Positions 31,962-41,637 of a stretch of DNA of 64,000 bases are shown here, in pieces (positions within the stretch are counted from its first letter, which is position 1; each line of letters starts with the position of its first letter). The stretch is from Bacteriovoracaceae bacterium (GTDB lineage: Bacteria; Bdellovibrionota; Bacteriovoracia; Bacteriovoracales; Bacteriovoracaceae), in assembly GCA_965217035.1 (NCBI GenBank), contig OZ244226.1, positions 1,780,146 to 1,844,145 of the forward strand, given 5' to 3'. The translations under genes were made by a program, and so were the position numbers. The notes below the pieces were generated by a model that saw nothing but the letters and a program-made list of their open reading frames with translations, did no database searches and was not told the DNA's origin.

Positions 31962-32543
31962 ATGAAAACCTTACTAGTCTTTGCTTTATTTAGTTCATTT
32001 GCTTACGGAAAAAAATGTACTTACACCTATACTGGAAAATCTCAGGAAATTAAGTTTGTTGGTTATAAGTTTACTGACAAGACTGCTGTTGGCGGGACTT
32101 TTAAAGACTTTAGGATTATGGCACCAACAAAAGCTTCTTCTGTAGAAGAAGTTTTTGCGAACTCTTCTTTTTGGATTGATGAAATGAGTTTGGATGCTGG
32201 AAAGGCTGCGAGAAATACAAATATAGCGAATGGTCTTTTAAAAAACGTTGATGGTCTAGCGATTCGAGGCCGAGTTGATAGTGTTGATAAAAAAAGCAAA
32301 ACACTTGTAACTATTATCAATTGGGGTGGTAAAGATCATAAAGTAAAGATGAACTACTCTTATGCTAAAGGTATGGCTACTGCTAAAGGAAAAATCGATC
32401 TTTTAGAAATGGGGTTCAAAAAAGGTTTTGATGCTCTTGGGAAACTTTGCAAGGTTTGGCATAAAGGTAAGGATGGAGTCGTGAAGACTTGGAGCGAAGT
32501 TGCTATCGAAGCAAGTCTTGGTCTCTCTGAAAAATGTATCTAA
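31962..32543 (+). CDS. YceI-like exported lipid/polyisoprenoid-binding protein
   Basis: Signal peptide, YKFTDKTAVGGTF, ARNTNI, TWSEV. Confidence 0.7.
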   Translation: MKTLLVFALFSSFAYGKKCTYTYTGKSQEIKFVGYKFTDKTAVGGTFKDFRIMAPTKASSVEEVFANSSFWIDEMSLDAGKAARNTNIANGLLKNVDGLAIRGRVDSVDKKSKTLVTIINWGGKDHKVKMNYSYAKGMATAKGKIDLLEMGFKKGFDALGKLCKVWHKGKDGVVKTWSEVAIEASLGLSEKCI

Positions 32544-35092
32544 GGCCCTGCCGTCACTATAAGCGGTTTTTGACCAAGGAACTTCTTTAAGAAAGTTTTC
32601 ATTCCTTGTTCTTTAACCGCTTGAACTTCCTTTAACATTTTTTCTTCAAAATCAGGCTGACAACCATGAAGTGTTGGAATCGAATAGTGATTGGCAAAGT
32701 CTTCATTACTTTGAAGCTGAAGTTCTTTGTTTCCAACGAGCATTTTTTGAACTCGTGAAATTTCCTTTTGAGGTAAACCTTCTTTCTGAAGCCTGTTTAA
32801 AATATTTTGAATGGCCTTAATTGCTCTATCAACTTTGTCTGCTCCTGCTCCGATATAGATCCCCCAGTAGCCGCCTTCTAAAGCACTGTGGTGAACAGGT
32901 TGAGTGGAGTAGCAGAGCCCTTGGCGGTCTCTGACCTCTACAAAAAGTTCACTTGATTGACCAGAAAGGTAATTAGTAAGAATGCGAAGGTATTTATCAT
33001 TTTTATCGGACATGGCCAGACCCGGGTAACCAATAAAAATTTGAGTTTGCTCTCGATCAAATTTTAAATCTTTTCTTTTTGTATCTTTGAATTTGAGTTT
33101 TGTTGTTTTGAAAGGCTTTATTGCTCTATCCTTTAGACTTGAGAAATGAGGCTTTAATTTGGAAAGTACCCAATTAAGGCTCTTGTCTCCACAATAAGTA
33201 ATCAACATTTCATTTTCTTTCAAGTTCTTCTGATGAATGGAACTGAGTTTCTCTTGAGTAAAGCTTTCTAGAGAAGTTTTAGTTCCCATTACATCTCTTT
33301 GATAAGGATGACCATTAAAAAGATTCTTTTGGAATGCTTTAAAACATTGTTTAAGAGGATCTATTTTTATTTGCTCTAAATACCGAAATACAATTTCTCT
33401 TTCCAACTCTAGATACTTTTGATCGAAATTTGGTTTTAAAAGTGTATTAAAGAAATCATCAAAAAGCTGATCAAGGTTTTGAGAAAGTGAATGCATCGTC
33501 AGGCCATAAGCATTTTTTCCTGAAAAACCACTCAAACTTGCCGAAAGGTTTTCAAGCCTTAGTTTAAGGTCTTTGTATTCCGTTGCCTCATTTCCATAAG
33601 TAAAAAGCTTTGCAAGCATATAATGACTTCCATTATTTGAGTCATTTTCATGACTCAAGCCCCCTTTGATATAGGCATGAAGAACAGAGGTTGGGATACT
33701 TGTATTTTTTCGATAAAGAAGCTGAACACCTTTTTTGAGAGTTATAAGCTCTAAATTCTTATCGAAATTAAATTTAGCTTTTTTTAGAGGCGTTTCTTTT
33801 AAGCTAGAAAAAATCTTTTTATTTTTTGTTACAAGACTTTTTAGGTCTTTTTTGAAATCTGCAACTTTCTCTTCTAGTGGAAGTTGCAGATGGTAGTGAA
33901 TATTATTATTCTTGAGAATATTTAAAAAAGCTCGATTAACTTCTTCAGTTGTTGTTTTTTTTATTTTATTGATAAAGACTTCATCAGATTTGAGGTCCTC
34001 ATTTTGGGCAAAGCTATGCCCTAAAGAAAAAGAGAAAGATTCTACTGATTCTTTTTCATAAGTTTTTGAAGCGATATATTGATTTTTTATTTTTTCCACA
34101 TCTTGTTCTGAAAAGAGATTCTCTGCAAGATTAGAAAGTTGCTCATGAAGAGTTTTTAAAACTTTTTTATGATTTTCAACTGGATAAGAAACTTTCAAGA
34201 AATGAGCTCCGCCTTTATTCATAAACATAGTAGAGCTTGTTGTTGTTGTTGCAAGAGATGATTGAACAACAAGTGCCTGCCGAAGATATGAAGTTTCTCC
34301 ATGGCTCAAGCAATTCAAGGCCAGATCCTCTGCCGCGGCGTTTTGATTTTCAAATTCAGGAGCATTGATTGTGATAGTTAAAGTCGCTTGGCTGATGTCT
34401 TTATTATGAATATGAATATTTTTGTCACTTTTAGTGATATTAAATTTTCTAAATTTTGTTTTTGGTCCTTTGGGGAGCTTATATTTTTTTAAAACTTTTT
34501 TGATCCCATCATAGGATTTCAAGTCACCCGTGATGATAAGAGCTGTATTACTTTGATTATAATATTTCTTTCTAAAGTTGATGAGTTGTTCTCTTTTGAA
34601 ACTATTAATTGTTTTTGGATGACCAAGAATGGGATGGTTATATCCCTTGGAAAAACTATTTTTTTGAATATTGTGAAAATGATAATGATAAGGATTATCC
34701 ACGGATCTTCTATATTCTTCGAAAACGACTCCTCTTTCAGGAACAAGCTCTGATTCCAAAAATTCGGGGTTAGCAACCATATCTGAAAGGATATCAACAG
34801 ACTTTGTGAGATAACGTTTAGGAGTATTAATGTAGTAGCAAGTATAATCAAAAGAGGTAAAAGCATTGATCTCACCACCAAAACTTTCAATTTCATGAGC
34901 GATTTTAGAACCTGGTCTTGTTTTTGTTCCTTTGAAAAACATATGTTCAAGAAAATGAGCTATTCCTAAGTCTTTTCCTGATTCAAGTGAGCTACCGGCC
35001 CTAAACCAATATTGAACGCTTGCAGATTTTGCTCCAGGGTAATGAACAAAATATGTATTGAGACCGTTAACTTTTGCTTCTTTTATTTTCAT
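32540..35092 (-). CDS. M16 (pitrilysin-family) zinc peptidase
   Basis: HFLEHMFFKGT (HxxEH), NAFTSFDYT, second degenerate half. Confidence 0.93.
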   Translation of the reverse strand: MKIKEAKVNGLNTYFVHYPGAKSASVQYWFRAGSSLESGKDLGIAHFLEHMFFKGTKTRPGSKIAHEIESFGGEINAFTSFDYTCYYINTPKRYLTKSVDILSDMVANPEFLESELVPERGVVFEEYRRSVDNPYHYHFHNIQKNSFSKGYNHPILGHPKTINSFKREQLINFRKKYYNQSNTALIITGDLKSYDGIKKVLKKYKLPKGPKTKFRKFNITKSDKNIHIHNKDISQATLTITINAPEFENQNAAAEDLALNCLSHGETSYLRQALVVQSSLATTTTSSTMFMNKGGAHFLKVSYPVENHKKVLKTLHEQLSNLAENLFSEQDVEKIKNQYIASKTYEKESVESFSFSLGHSFAQNEDLKSDEVFINKIKKTTTEEVNRAFLNILKNNNIHYHLQLPLEEKVADFKKDLKSLVTKNKKIFSSLKETPLKKAKFNFDKNLELITLKKGVQLLYRKNTSIPTSVLHAYIKGGLSHENDSNNGSHYMLAKLFTYGNEATEYKDLKLRLENLSASLSGFSGKNAYGLTMHSLSQNLDQLFDDFFNTLLKPNFDQKYLELEREIVFRYLEQIKIDPLKQCFKAFQKNLFNGHPYQRDVMGTKTSLESFTQEKLSSIHQKNLKENEMLITYCGDKSLNWVLSKLKPHFSSLKDRAIKPFKTTKLKFKDTKRKDLKFDREQTQIFIGYPGLAMSDKNDKYLRILTNYLSGQSSELFVEVRDRQGLCYSTQPVHHSALEGGYWGIYIGAGADKVDRAIKAIQNILNRLQKEGLPQKEISRVQKMLVGNKELQLQSNEDFANHYSIPTLHGCQPDFEEKMLKEVQAVKEQGMKTFLKKFLGQKPLIVTAGP

Positions 35093-35119
35093 GTTTGAGA
35101 TCCTAAACTCTTTTAAAAT

Positions 35120-36193
35120 ATGATCAATTCACTGTATATCCATTATCCCTACTGCAAGCATCTCTGTCACTATTGTGACTTTTATAAAAATATTGCGACA
35201 GAGGGAAGTGCGAACGAATTTATTAATTCTATTCGAAGTTCTCTCGAAACCCACCAAAAGTTCCTTACAGAAGAAGGTTTAAGTGCTTCTCCGCTTGAAA
35301 CATTATACATGGGAGGAGGAACTCCTTCATTGATGGGGAAAAACTTTAAAGAGTTTCGAAAGCTTCTTGAAGAATACTTTGACTTAACTCAGTTAAAAGA
35401 GTTTAGCCTGGAGGTTGATCCAGGAACATGCACTCGAGAGGATCTTCAAACTTTTAAAGAACTGGGTGTCAATAGAATGTCTTTAGGAATTCAAAGTTTT
35501 GATCCTTTAGTTCAGCCTTTTTTGGATCGTTCTCATAATCATAAAGATATTGTTGAGTTGCTTGAGGATATTTCAAGTTTGAGCATTAATTATAGTGTTG
35601 ATTTTATGTTGGGACTGGCCCATCCAAATTACTTAGTAAGAGATATTGAAAAAGAATTAAAGGAAATTTTAAGTTTTTATCCGAACCATGTGAGTCTTTA
35701 TATTTTATCAGTAGGAAAGTCATACCCTTTTAATGACCTTCTTCCCTCTGATGAAATGATTGCCGAAGAATACAAAAAAGTTCATGACTACTTAGTATCT
35801 CAAGGTTTCATTCATTATGAAGTTTCAAACTATGCAAAAGAAAACTTTGAATCGGCTCATAATTGGAAATATTGGAATCAAGAGAATTACATGGCATTGG
35901 GTCCTTCGGCAACTGGCTTGCTGAGTCTTAATCATGGTGGAATTCGTTATAAATGGTCTCCAGATAATAAAAAAATCTCACAAGAAAATCTTACAAAGGA
36001 ACAATTGTATCTTGAAAAGTTGTACACGAGTTTACGAACCAAAAAGGGTGTAAATTTGAATGAATTTACGCTGGATAAAAAAGTTCTTACAGAGTTTGAG
36101 AAACAGGGTTATGGGCGATTGGTGTCAGATTGGTTCTGCTTTAATGACCGTGGTTGGGTGATTCTTGATAGTTTAGTTGATAAACTGCTTTAA
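35120..36193 (+). CDS. hemW: Radical SAM heme chaperone HemW/HemN-like
   Basis: HYPYCKHLCHYCDF, GGGTPS, YEVSNYA. Confidence 0.85.
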   Translation: MINSLYIHYPYCKHLCHYCDFYKNIATEGSANEFINSIRSSLETHQKFLTEEGLSASPLETLYMGGGTPSLMGKNFKEFRKLLEEYFDLTQLKEFSLEVDPGTCTREDLQTFKELGVNRMSLGIQSFDPLVQPFLDRSHNHKDIVELLEDISSLSINYSVDFMLGLAHPNYLVRDIEKELKEILSFYPNHVSLYILSVGKSYPFNDLLPSDEMIAEEYKKVHDYLVSQGFIHYEVSNYAKENFESAHNWKYWNQENYMALGPSATGLLSLNHGGIRYKWSPDNKKISQENLTKEQLYLEKLYTSLRTKKGVNLNEFTLDKKVLTEFEKQGYGRLVSDWFCFNDRGWVILDSLVDKLL

Positions 36194-36235
36194 GCTTGTT
36201 AACTTCCAAGAACTTGTATCGGAGGGGTTAACAAG

Positions 36236-37069
36236 ATGAATCGTCTGTTCGTTCTCTTATTTCTTTTTTCAAATTTTGCTTATGGGATTGATTATAAAGG
36301 TGGTGATATTCACGCAAATGATTCGAAGTGGATGAACTTAAATCTTTATCGTGGAATTGATCAAAGAGGTGGGCCAAGGAAATTTGATGATACTTATATG
36401 GAGCTAGAGTTTGGGGGGCGCTCAGGAATCGTAGATTTCTATGGTTACTTTGATTATATTGATATTCTTGATGATGAGAAAAATAGTGATCAAGGCGACT
36501 TCGATAATTCTTTTTCAAAAGTAGATCTTCGTTTTTCACTTGATGCAATTTTAAAGAAAGACCTGGCAACTGGAATCATTAAAGAGTGGTATATTGCTAC
36601 TTCAATGATTGATGGAGATAATAATGGAAGCTTCGGTGGGGCCCTTCGAGTGCATTGGTTTGGAATCGGTACAGATACACAACTTCCTTGGCTTGGTCTT
36701 GTTGGATTGAATCTCTATGCTCGTTATTTTGCTGAAAACTTTGGAGCAAGTAATGAAGGGAAGGTTGATGGATATAATTTCCATATGAACTGGTTCAAAC
36801 CTTTTAAGTTTTTTAAGTCGGGAGATTTTCTTTCATTTCAAGGTTATTTTGATTACGAGTTTGGTAGTGAAATTGTAGGAGATGCAAGAACACCAACCGC
36901 TTTTCAAGCCTATTTAGGAGTTTGGTATCATTCCAAGCAATGGGCAATTGGTTATGGATCTAAATTTTACGATAATATGAACAATTTTCGACATAAAGAC
37001 ACTTTTTTTGGAAGTGCTGTTAATTCTACAGGTATTGGTCATTATTTTAATGTGACTTATAAGTTCTAG
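36236..37069 (+). CDS. ompK: OmpK/Tsx-family nucleoside-specific outer membrane channel
   Basis: DYKGGDIHANDSKW, YMELEFGGRSG, NWFKPF and C-terminal VTYKF. Confidence 0.85.
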   Translation: MNRLFVLLFLFSNFAYGIDYKGGDIHANDSKWMNLNLYRGIDQRGGPRKFDDTYMELEFGGRSGIVDFYGYFDYIDILDDEKNSDQGDFDNSFSKVDLRFSLDAILKKDLATGIIKEWYIATSMIDGDNNGSFGGALRVHWFGIGTDTQLPWLGLVGLNLYARYFAENFGASNEGKVDGYNFHMNWFKPFKFFKSGDFLSFQGYFDYEFGSEIVGDARTPTAFQAYLGVWYHSKQWAIGYGSKFYDNMNNFRHKDTFFGSAVNSTGIGHYFNVTYKF

Positions 37070-37438
37070 AATTTGGTCATTCGTTTATTAATTTTTTTCC
37101 GTATCTTTCTTGCAAGATAGATTTCTTTCTTGTGGACTTTATTAAGACTTTTAATATCACTATCGTCTCGGTTTTCTTCTATTAATTTTTCAAGGTTTTC
37201 ATTTGATTGATTGCTTTAGCTTTGATTTTTGTGAATTTATGTCGTGTGAGAACATCAAGTATTTTAATATCAACTAGAGCTGAGTTCAGCGGTTCATTTC
37301 TCATAAACTTTTTAGAGTTAATATAGTTTTTAATCGAATAGATGAATGCTCCTCTTTCTGTGAGTCTTGAGAAGTCTTTTTTAAGATTAGGGATAAAAGC
37401 AGTATAAAAAATAGACCTAATTTCAATGATTTAGTCAT
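37066..37438 (-). pseudogene. Small membrane-anchored protein gene interrupted by two single-base losses in A runs (or assembly indels)
   Basis: AAGGA SD then MTKSLKLGLFFILLLSLIL. Adding one A at each of two A5 runs gives a continuous 124-aa frame ending at TAG 37066. Confidence 0.45.
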
Positions 37439-37529
37439 TTTCCGTCCTTGGTTTGCTGGTGATTTCAGGAATAACGAGCTTTGGGCATGTTGCAAGGCGC
37501 ATTTTCTCGATTTATTTAAACTCCATCTG

Positions 37530-37556
37530 TTGACACTGATAAGATCGATACCATCT
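37530..37556 (+). promoter_or_regulatory. Putative sigma-32-like heat-shock promoter for grpE-dnaK-dnaJ
   Basis: TTGACA-N13-TACCATCT resembles TTGAAA-N13/14-CCCCATNT. Confidence 0.45.
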
Positions 37557-37587
37557 TAAAAAAGCATAAAATTAACCGTCGGGAATA

Positions 37588-38127
37588 GTGAAAATGGAAA
37601 ACACTGAGGAATTAGAAAAAGCAGCTTCCAATGAGGAAGTTGAGGGAAAGACTGAGCCAGGTGAAGAGAAGAAAGAAGATTCAAAAGTTGAGTCGGAAGA
37701 CAATTACAAAGAAAAGTACTTTTACCTTGCTGCTGAAATGGAGAATTTAAAGAAAAGACTTGAACGAGAAAAGAGTCAGGTCATTAAATTCGGAAGCGAG
37801 AACATTTTAAGAGATTTAATTCAAGTTCTTGATACTTTCGAACTAACAAAAAATGCTTTGGCGCAAGATGAAGATGAAAAAGTAAAAAATATTTTCCTTG
37901 GTCTTGAAATGGTAAGCAAGCAATTTGTAGATGCGCTTAAGAACCATGGCCTTGAGAAAATAGAAGCTTTAGGAAAAACGTTTGACCCAAATTTTCATGA
38001 AGCGATTGCAAAAGAAAAAGATGAAGAAAAGGAAGAAATGACAATTTTGAAAGAGCATCAGTCTGGCTATGCCCTTAATGGACGTGTCCTTCGTGCCAGT
38101 AAAGTTGTTGTTTCGAGTAAAGAATAA
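37588..38127 (+). CDS. grpE: Nucleotide exchange factor GrpE
   Basis: AEMENLKKR, FDPNFHEA, GY.LNGRVLR. Confidence 0.96.
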   Translation: MKMENTEELEKAASNEEVEGKTEPGEEKKEDSKVESEDNYKEKYFYLAAEMENLKKRLEREKSQVIKFGSENILRDLIQVLDTFELTKNALAQDEDEKVKNIFLGLEMVSKQFVDALKNHGLEKIEALGKTFDPNFHEAIAKEKDEEKEEMTILKEHQSGYALNGRVLRASKVVVSSKE

Positions 38128-38148
38128 AGTTAGTAAGGAGAAAGTAAT

Positions 38149-40071
38149 ATGGGAAAAATTATTGGAATTGACTTGGGGACCACAAATTCGTGTGTTTCTG
38201 TATTAGAAGATGGAAAGTACAAAATTGTACCAAACGCGGAAGGGCATAATACAACTCCTTCAGTTGTTGCTTTCGCTAACAACGATGAGAAGCTTGTTGG
38301 GCAAGTTGCAAAGAGGCAAGCGGTTACAAACCCAGCGAAAACTCTTTTTGGTTTGAAAAGACTTATCGGTCGTAAAGCTTCTGATGAAGAAGTAACTCGA
38401 TTTAAAGATGTTGCTCCTTTTGAAATCTTTTCAAATAAAAACGGGGACGCCTGGGTAAAAATTGATGGAAAAGAAATCTCTCCTCAAGAAATCTCAGCAG
38501 CTGTTTTAGAAAAAATGAAGAAATCTGCAGAGGATTATCTAGGACATGCAGTTACTGAAGCTGTTATTACAGTTCCAGCTTATTTTAACGATGCTCAAAG
38601 ACAAGCAACAAAAGACGCTGGAAAAATTGCAGGACTTGAAGTTAAAAGAATTATCAACGAGCCAACAGCAGCGGCACTTGCTTATGGTCTTGATTCAAAA
38701 GCAGATAAGAACATCGCAGTCTTTGACTTCGGTGGTGGTACTTTTGATATTTCAGTTCTTGAAATTACTTCTGACGGAGTATTTGAAGTTAAATCGACAA
38801 ATGGGGATACATTCCTTGGCGGGGAAGACTTTGATTACGAAATCATCAACTGGATGGCTGAAGAGTTTAAAAAGGATAATAGTATTGATCTTAGAGACGA
38901 CAAAATGGCGCTTCAAAGACTTAAAGAAGCCGCTGAGAAAGCGAAGCATGAGCTTTCTTCAACAACTCAAACAGATATCAACCTTCCATTTGTTACTGCA
39001 GATGCTTCAGGTCCTAAGCACTTAAATCTTACGCTTACAAGAGCAACATTTGAGCAATTGATCTCTAAGCTTGTGGATCGTCTTGCGATTCCATGCGAAA
39101 CTGCGATTAAAGACTCAGGTCTTTCGACGAGTGAGATCCATGAGGTGATCCTTGTTGGTGGCTCAACTCGTATTCCGGCGGTTCAAGAAAAAGTAAAAGA
39201 GATCTTTGGGAAAGAACCTAATAAAGGTGTTAATCCTGATGAGGTTGTTGCTGCGGGTGCAGCTATTCAAGGTGGAGTTCTTGCAGGAGATGTTAAAGAT
39301 GTTCTTCTTCTTGACGTTACACCTCTTTCACTTGGTATCGAAACTCTTGGTGGTGTTTTTACTAAGATCATTGAGAAAAATACAACAATTCCAGCTAAGA
39401 AATCTCAAGTGTTCTCAACGGCTCAAGATAACCAACCAGCAGTTAGTATTCACGTGCTGCAGGGGGAACGTGAGTTCGCTGGAGATAATAAAACTCTTGG
39501 AAAGTTCGACCTAACTGGAATCGCCCCAGCACCAAGAGGCGTTCCTCAGGTAGAAGTTACTTTTGATATTGATGCTAACGGTATCGTTAATGTTTCTGCG
39601 ATTGATAAAGCAACTGGTAAGAAACAAGAAATTCGGATTACTAGTGGTTCAGGTCTTACAGAAGAAGAGATTGAGCAAATGGTAAAAGATGCAGAAGTGA
39701 ATCGTGAAGCTGATCAGAAGAAAAAAGAAATTGTTGATGCTAAAAACAATCTTGATTCCTTAGTTTTTGCCACAGAAAAAATGATTAAAGATAATGGAGA
39801 TAAAATTCCTGAAGACAAAAAGTCTGAACTTGAAGCGGCTGTTGCGGAAGCAAAAACGAAGCTCGGAAGTGATGTGCTTGATGAATTGAAAGCAGCAAGT
39901 GAGAGATTACAAAACGTTTCTCATCAAGTTGCACAGGATCTTTATCAGGCTGGAGCTGAAACAGCCCAAGGTGCTAGTGATCAAGCAGGACAGTCGGAAC
40001 AACCAGGTGCGGAAGCGAATACGAATAAAGATGACGATGACGTTGTCGATGCGGACTTCAAAGAAGTCTAA
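38149..40071 (+). CDS. dnaK: Chaperone DnaK
   Basis: [24 protein letters not shown]. Confidence 0.99.
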   Translation: MGKIIGIDLGTTNSCVSVLEDGKYKIVPNAEGHNTTPSVVAFANNDEKLVGQVAKRQAVTNPAKTLFGLKRLIGRKASDEEVTRFKDVAPFEIFSNKNGDAWVKIDGKEISPQEISAAVLEKMKKSAEDYLGHAVTEAVITVPAYFNDAQRQATKDAGKIAGLEVKRIINEPTAAALAYGLDSKADKNIAVFDFGGGTFDISVLEITSDGVFEVKSTNGDTFLGGEDFDYEIINWMAEEFKKDNSIDLRDDKMALQRLKEAAEKAKHELSSTTQTDINLPFVTADASGPKHLNLTLTRATFEQLISKLVDRLAIPCETAIKDSGLSTSEIHEVILVGGSTRIPAVQEKVKEIFGKEPNKGVNPDEVVAAGAAIQGGVLAGDVKDVLLLDVTPLSLGIETLGGVFTKIIEKNTTIPAKKSQVFSTAQDNQPAVSIHVLQGEREFAGDNKTLGKFDLTGIAPAPRGVPQVEVTFDIDANGIVNVSAIDKATGKKQEIRITSGSGLTEEEIEQMVKDAEVNREADQKKKEIVDAKNNLDSLVFATEKMIKDNGDKIPEDKKSELEAAVAEAKTKLGSDVLDELKAASERLQNVSHQVAQDLYQAGAETAQGASDQAGQSEQPGAEANTNKDDDDVVDADFKEV

Positions 40072-40079
40072 GAGGTTGA

Positions 40080-41156
40080 ATGGCCACTACAAAAAGAGAT
40101 TTCTATGAAGTTCTTGGTGTAAGTAAAGGTGCTTCCAAGGATGAAATAAAAAAATCCTATCGAAAACTTGCTATGAAGTATCATCCGGATCGTAATCCGG
40201 GTGATACAGAAGCTGAGGCAAAGTTTAAAGAAGCCTCAGAAGCTGCTGATATTCTCCTAAACGATGAAAAGAGAAATGCTTACGATCAATTTGGTCATTC
40301 AGGTGTTGATGGACAAGGCTTTGGTGGCTTTGGACAAGGCGGAGATTTCGGGGATCTTGGCGATATTTTTGGTGATATCTTCGGCGACTTCTTTGGTGGC
40401 GGCGGGGGCGGAAGAGGCCGGCGACGAAGAAGTTATGCGATCAAAGGTCAAGATCTTCATACAAGAGTTGATATCAGTTTTGAAGAAGCAGCATTTGGTT
40501 GTGAAAAAGAAGTCACAATTACAAAAGAGACGATAAAAGAAGGAACTACTCCTGAGACCTGTAAAGTTTGTGGGGGGACTGGAGAAATCCGTCGCCAGCA
40601 AGGCTTCTTCACTATGTCTCAAACTTGTTATAACTGCCAAGGAATTGGCGAGGTTATGCAAACGGTTAAGAAGAAATCAAAGTTAAGTGTAAAGGTTCCT
40701 GCGGGTATCGATGACGGTCAGAAACTAAAGTTGAGCGGAGAAGGTGGGCCTGGTTTTAAAGGTGGTCCAAATGGAGATCTTTATGTTGATATCAGAGTTA
40801 AAGATCATCCAATTTTTGAGCGTGAAGATTATGATATTTATTGTGATGTTCCCATAAGCTTTTCACAAGCGGCGCTTGGTGATGAAGTGGAAGTTCCAAC
40901 ACTGTCAGGAAAGGTCATGGTTAAAGTTCCCCCCGGAACTCAATCTGGAAAACGAATGAGATTGAAGTCTAAGGGAATTGCTCGACTTGATGGTTATGGA
41001 TTAGGAGATCAGATTATTCATCTCATAGTTGAAACTCCAACGAAGCTTTCGTCTGAGGAAAAAGAGCTCTTTCAAAAACTCTCAGAGTTGGGGGAAAAGA
41101 GCCATTCTAATCCGATCTCACGTGGTTTTTTTGATAAAGTGCGAGACTTATTCTGA
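40080..41156 (+). CDS. dnaJ: Chaperone DnaJ with only two CxxCxGxG motifs
   Basis: J domain with HPD, G/F-rich region, CKVCGGTG and CYNCQGIG. Confidence 0.96.
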   Translation: MATTKRDFYEVLGVSKGASKDEIKKSYRKLAMKYHPDRNPGDTEAEAKFKEASEAADILLNDEKRNAYDQFGHSGVDGQGFGGFGQGGDFGDLGDIFGDIFGDFFGGGGGGRGRRRRSYAIKGQDLHTRVDISFEEAAFGCEKEVTITKETIKEGTTPETCKVCGGTGEIRRQQGFFTMSQTCYNCQGIGEVMQTVKKKSKLSVKVPAGIDDGQKLKLSGEGGPGFKGGPNGDLYVDIRVKDHPIFEREDYDIYCDVPISFSQAALGDEVEVPTLSGKVMVKVPPGTQSGKRMRLKSKGIARLDGYGLGDQIIHLIVETPTKLSSEEKELFQKLSELGEKSHSNPISRGFFDKVRDLF

Positions 41157-41262
41157 TTTTAGGTCCTATAACTAAATTCAGCCTATTTATATCAATTAAA
41201 AATACCTTGGAAGCTCGAGAGCTGCTTGCTAAATTTATACTATTCACTTTAGGGGGATTGTA

Positions 41263-41637
41263 ATGGCTGCAGCAGGCTTACTCATCATCAGAATTTTTGT
41301 CGGTATTTCAATGATTGCTCATGGTTATCCTAAGTTAACAGATACTGATCGTTGGGAATGGCTTGGATCTCAGATGGTTCACGTTGGTGTAAACTTTGGT
41401 TATGAAGTCTTCGGGTTTTTAGCTGGTTTTGCTGAGACAATTGGAGGGCTTTTTTTTCTTATAGGTCTTTTTTTTCGACCATCATGTATTGCTCTTGTTT
41501 TCACGATGTTTATTGCAATGATGTATCATATAAATCAAGGCGATCCGTATAACTCTACTTCTCACTCACTCGAGCTTTTAGGGGTTTTCCTCGGTTTTGC
41601 TCTCATTGGTCCAGGAAAATATGCAATTAAGAAATAG
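41263..41637 (+). CDS. DoxX-family membrane protein
   Basis: RIFVG..MIAHG..K, ETIGGL, GPGKYA. Confidence 0.88.
   Translation: MAAAGLLIIRIFVGISMIAHGYPKLTDTDRWEWLGSQMVHVGVNFGYEVFGFLAGFAETIGGLFFLIGLFFRPSCIALVFTMFIAMMYHINQGDPYNSTSHSLELLGVFLGFALIGPGKYAIKK

Noticed and set aside
37290..37310. TGA read-through or alternative genetic code in the broken minus-strand gene
   Set aside because: Another in-frame TGA follows shortly and the protein-like continuation is in a different frame. Other genes such as dnaJ and pccB end normally at TGA.
37440..37590. CIRCE/HrcA operator before grpE
   Set aside because: No TTAGCACTC-N9-GAGTGCTAA, and no hrcA in the operon.
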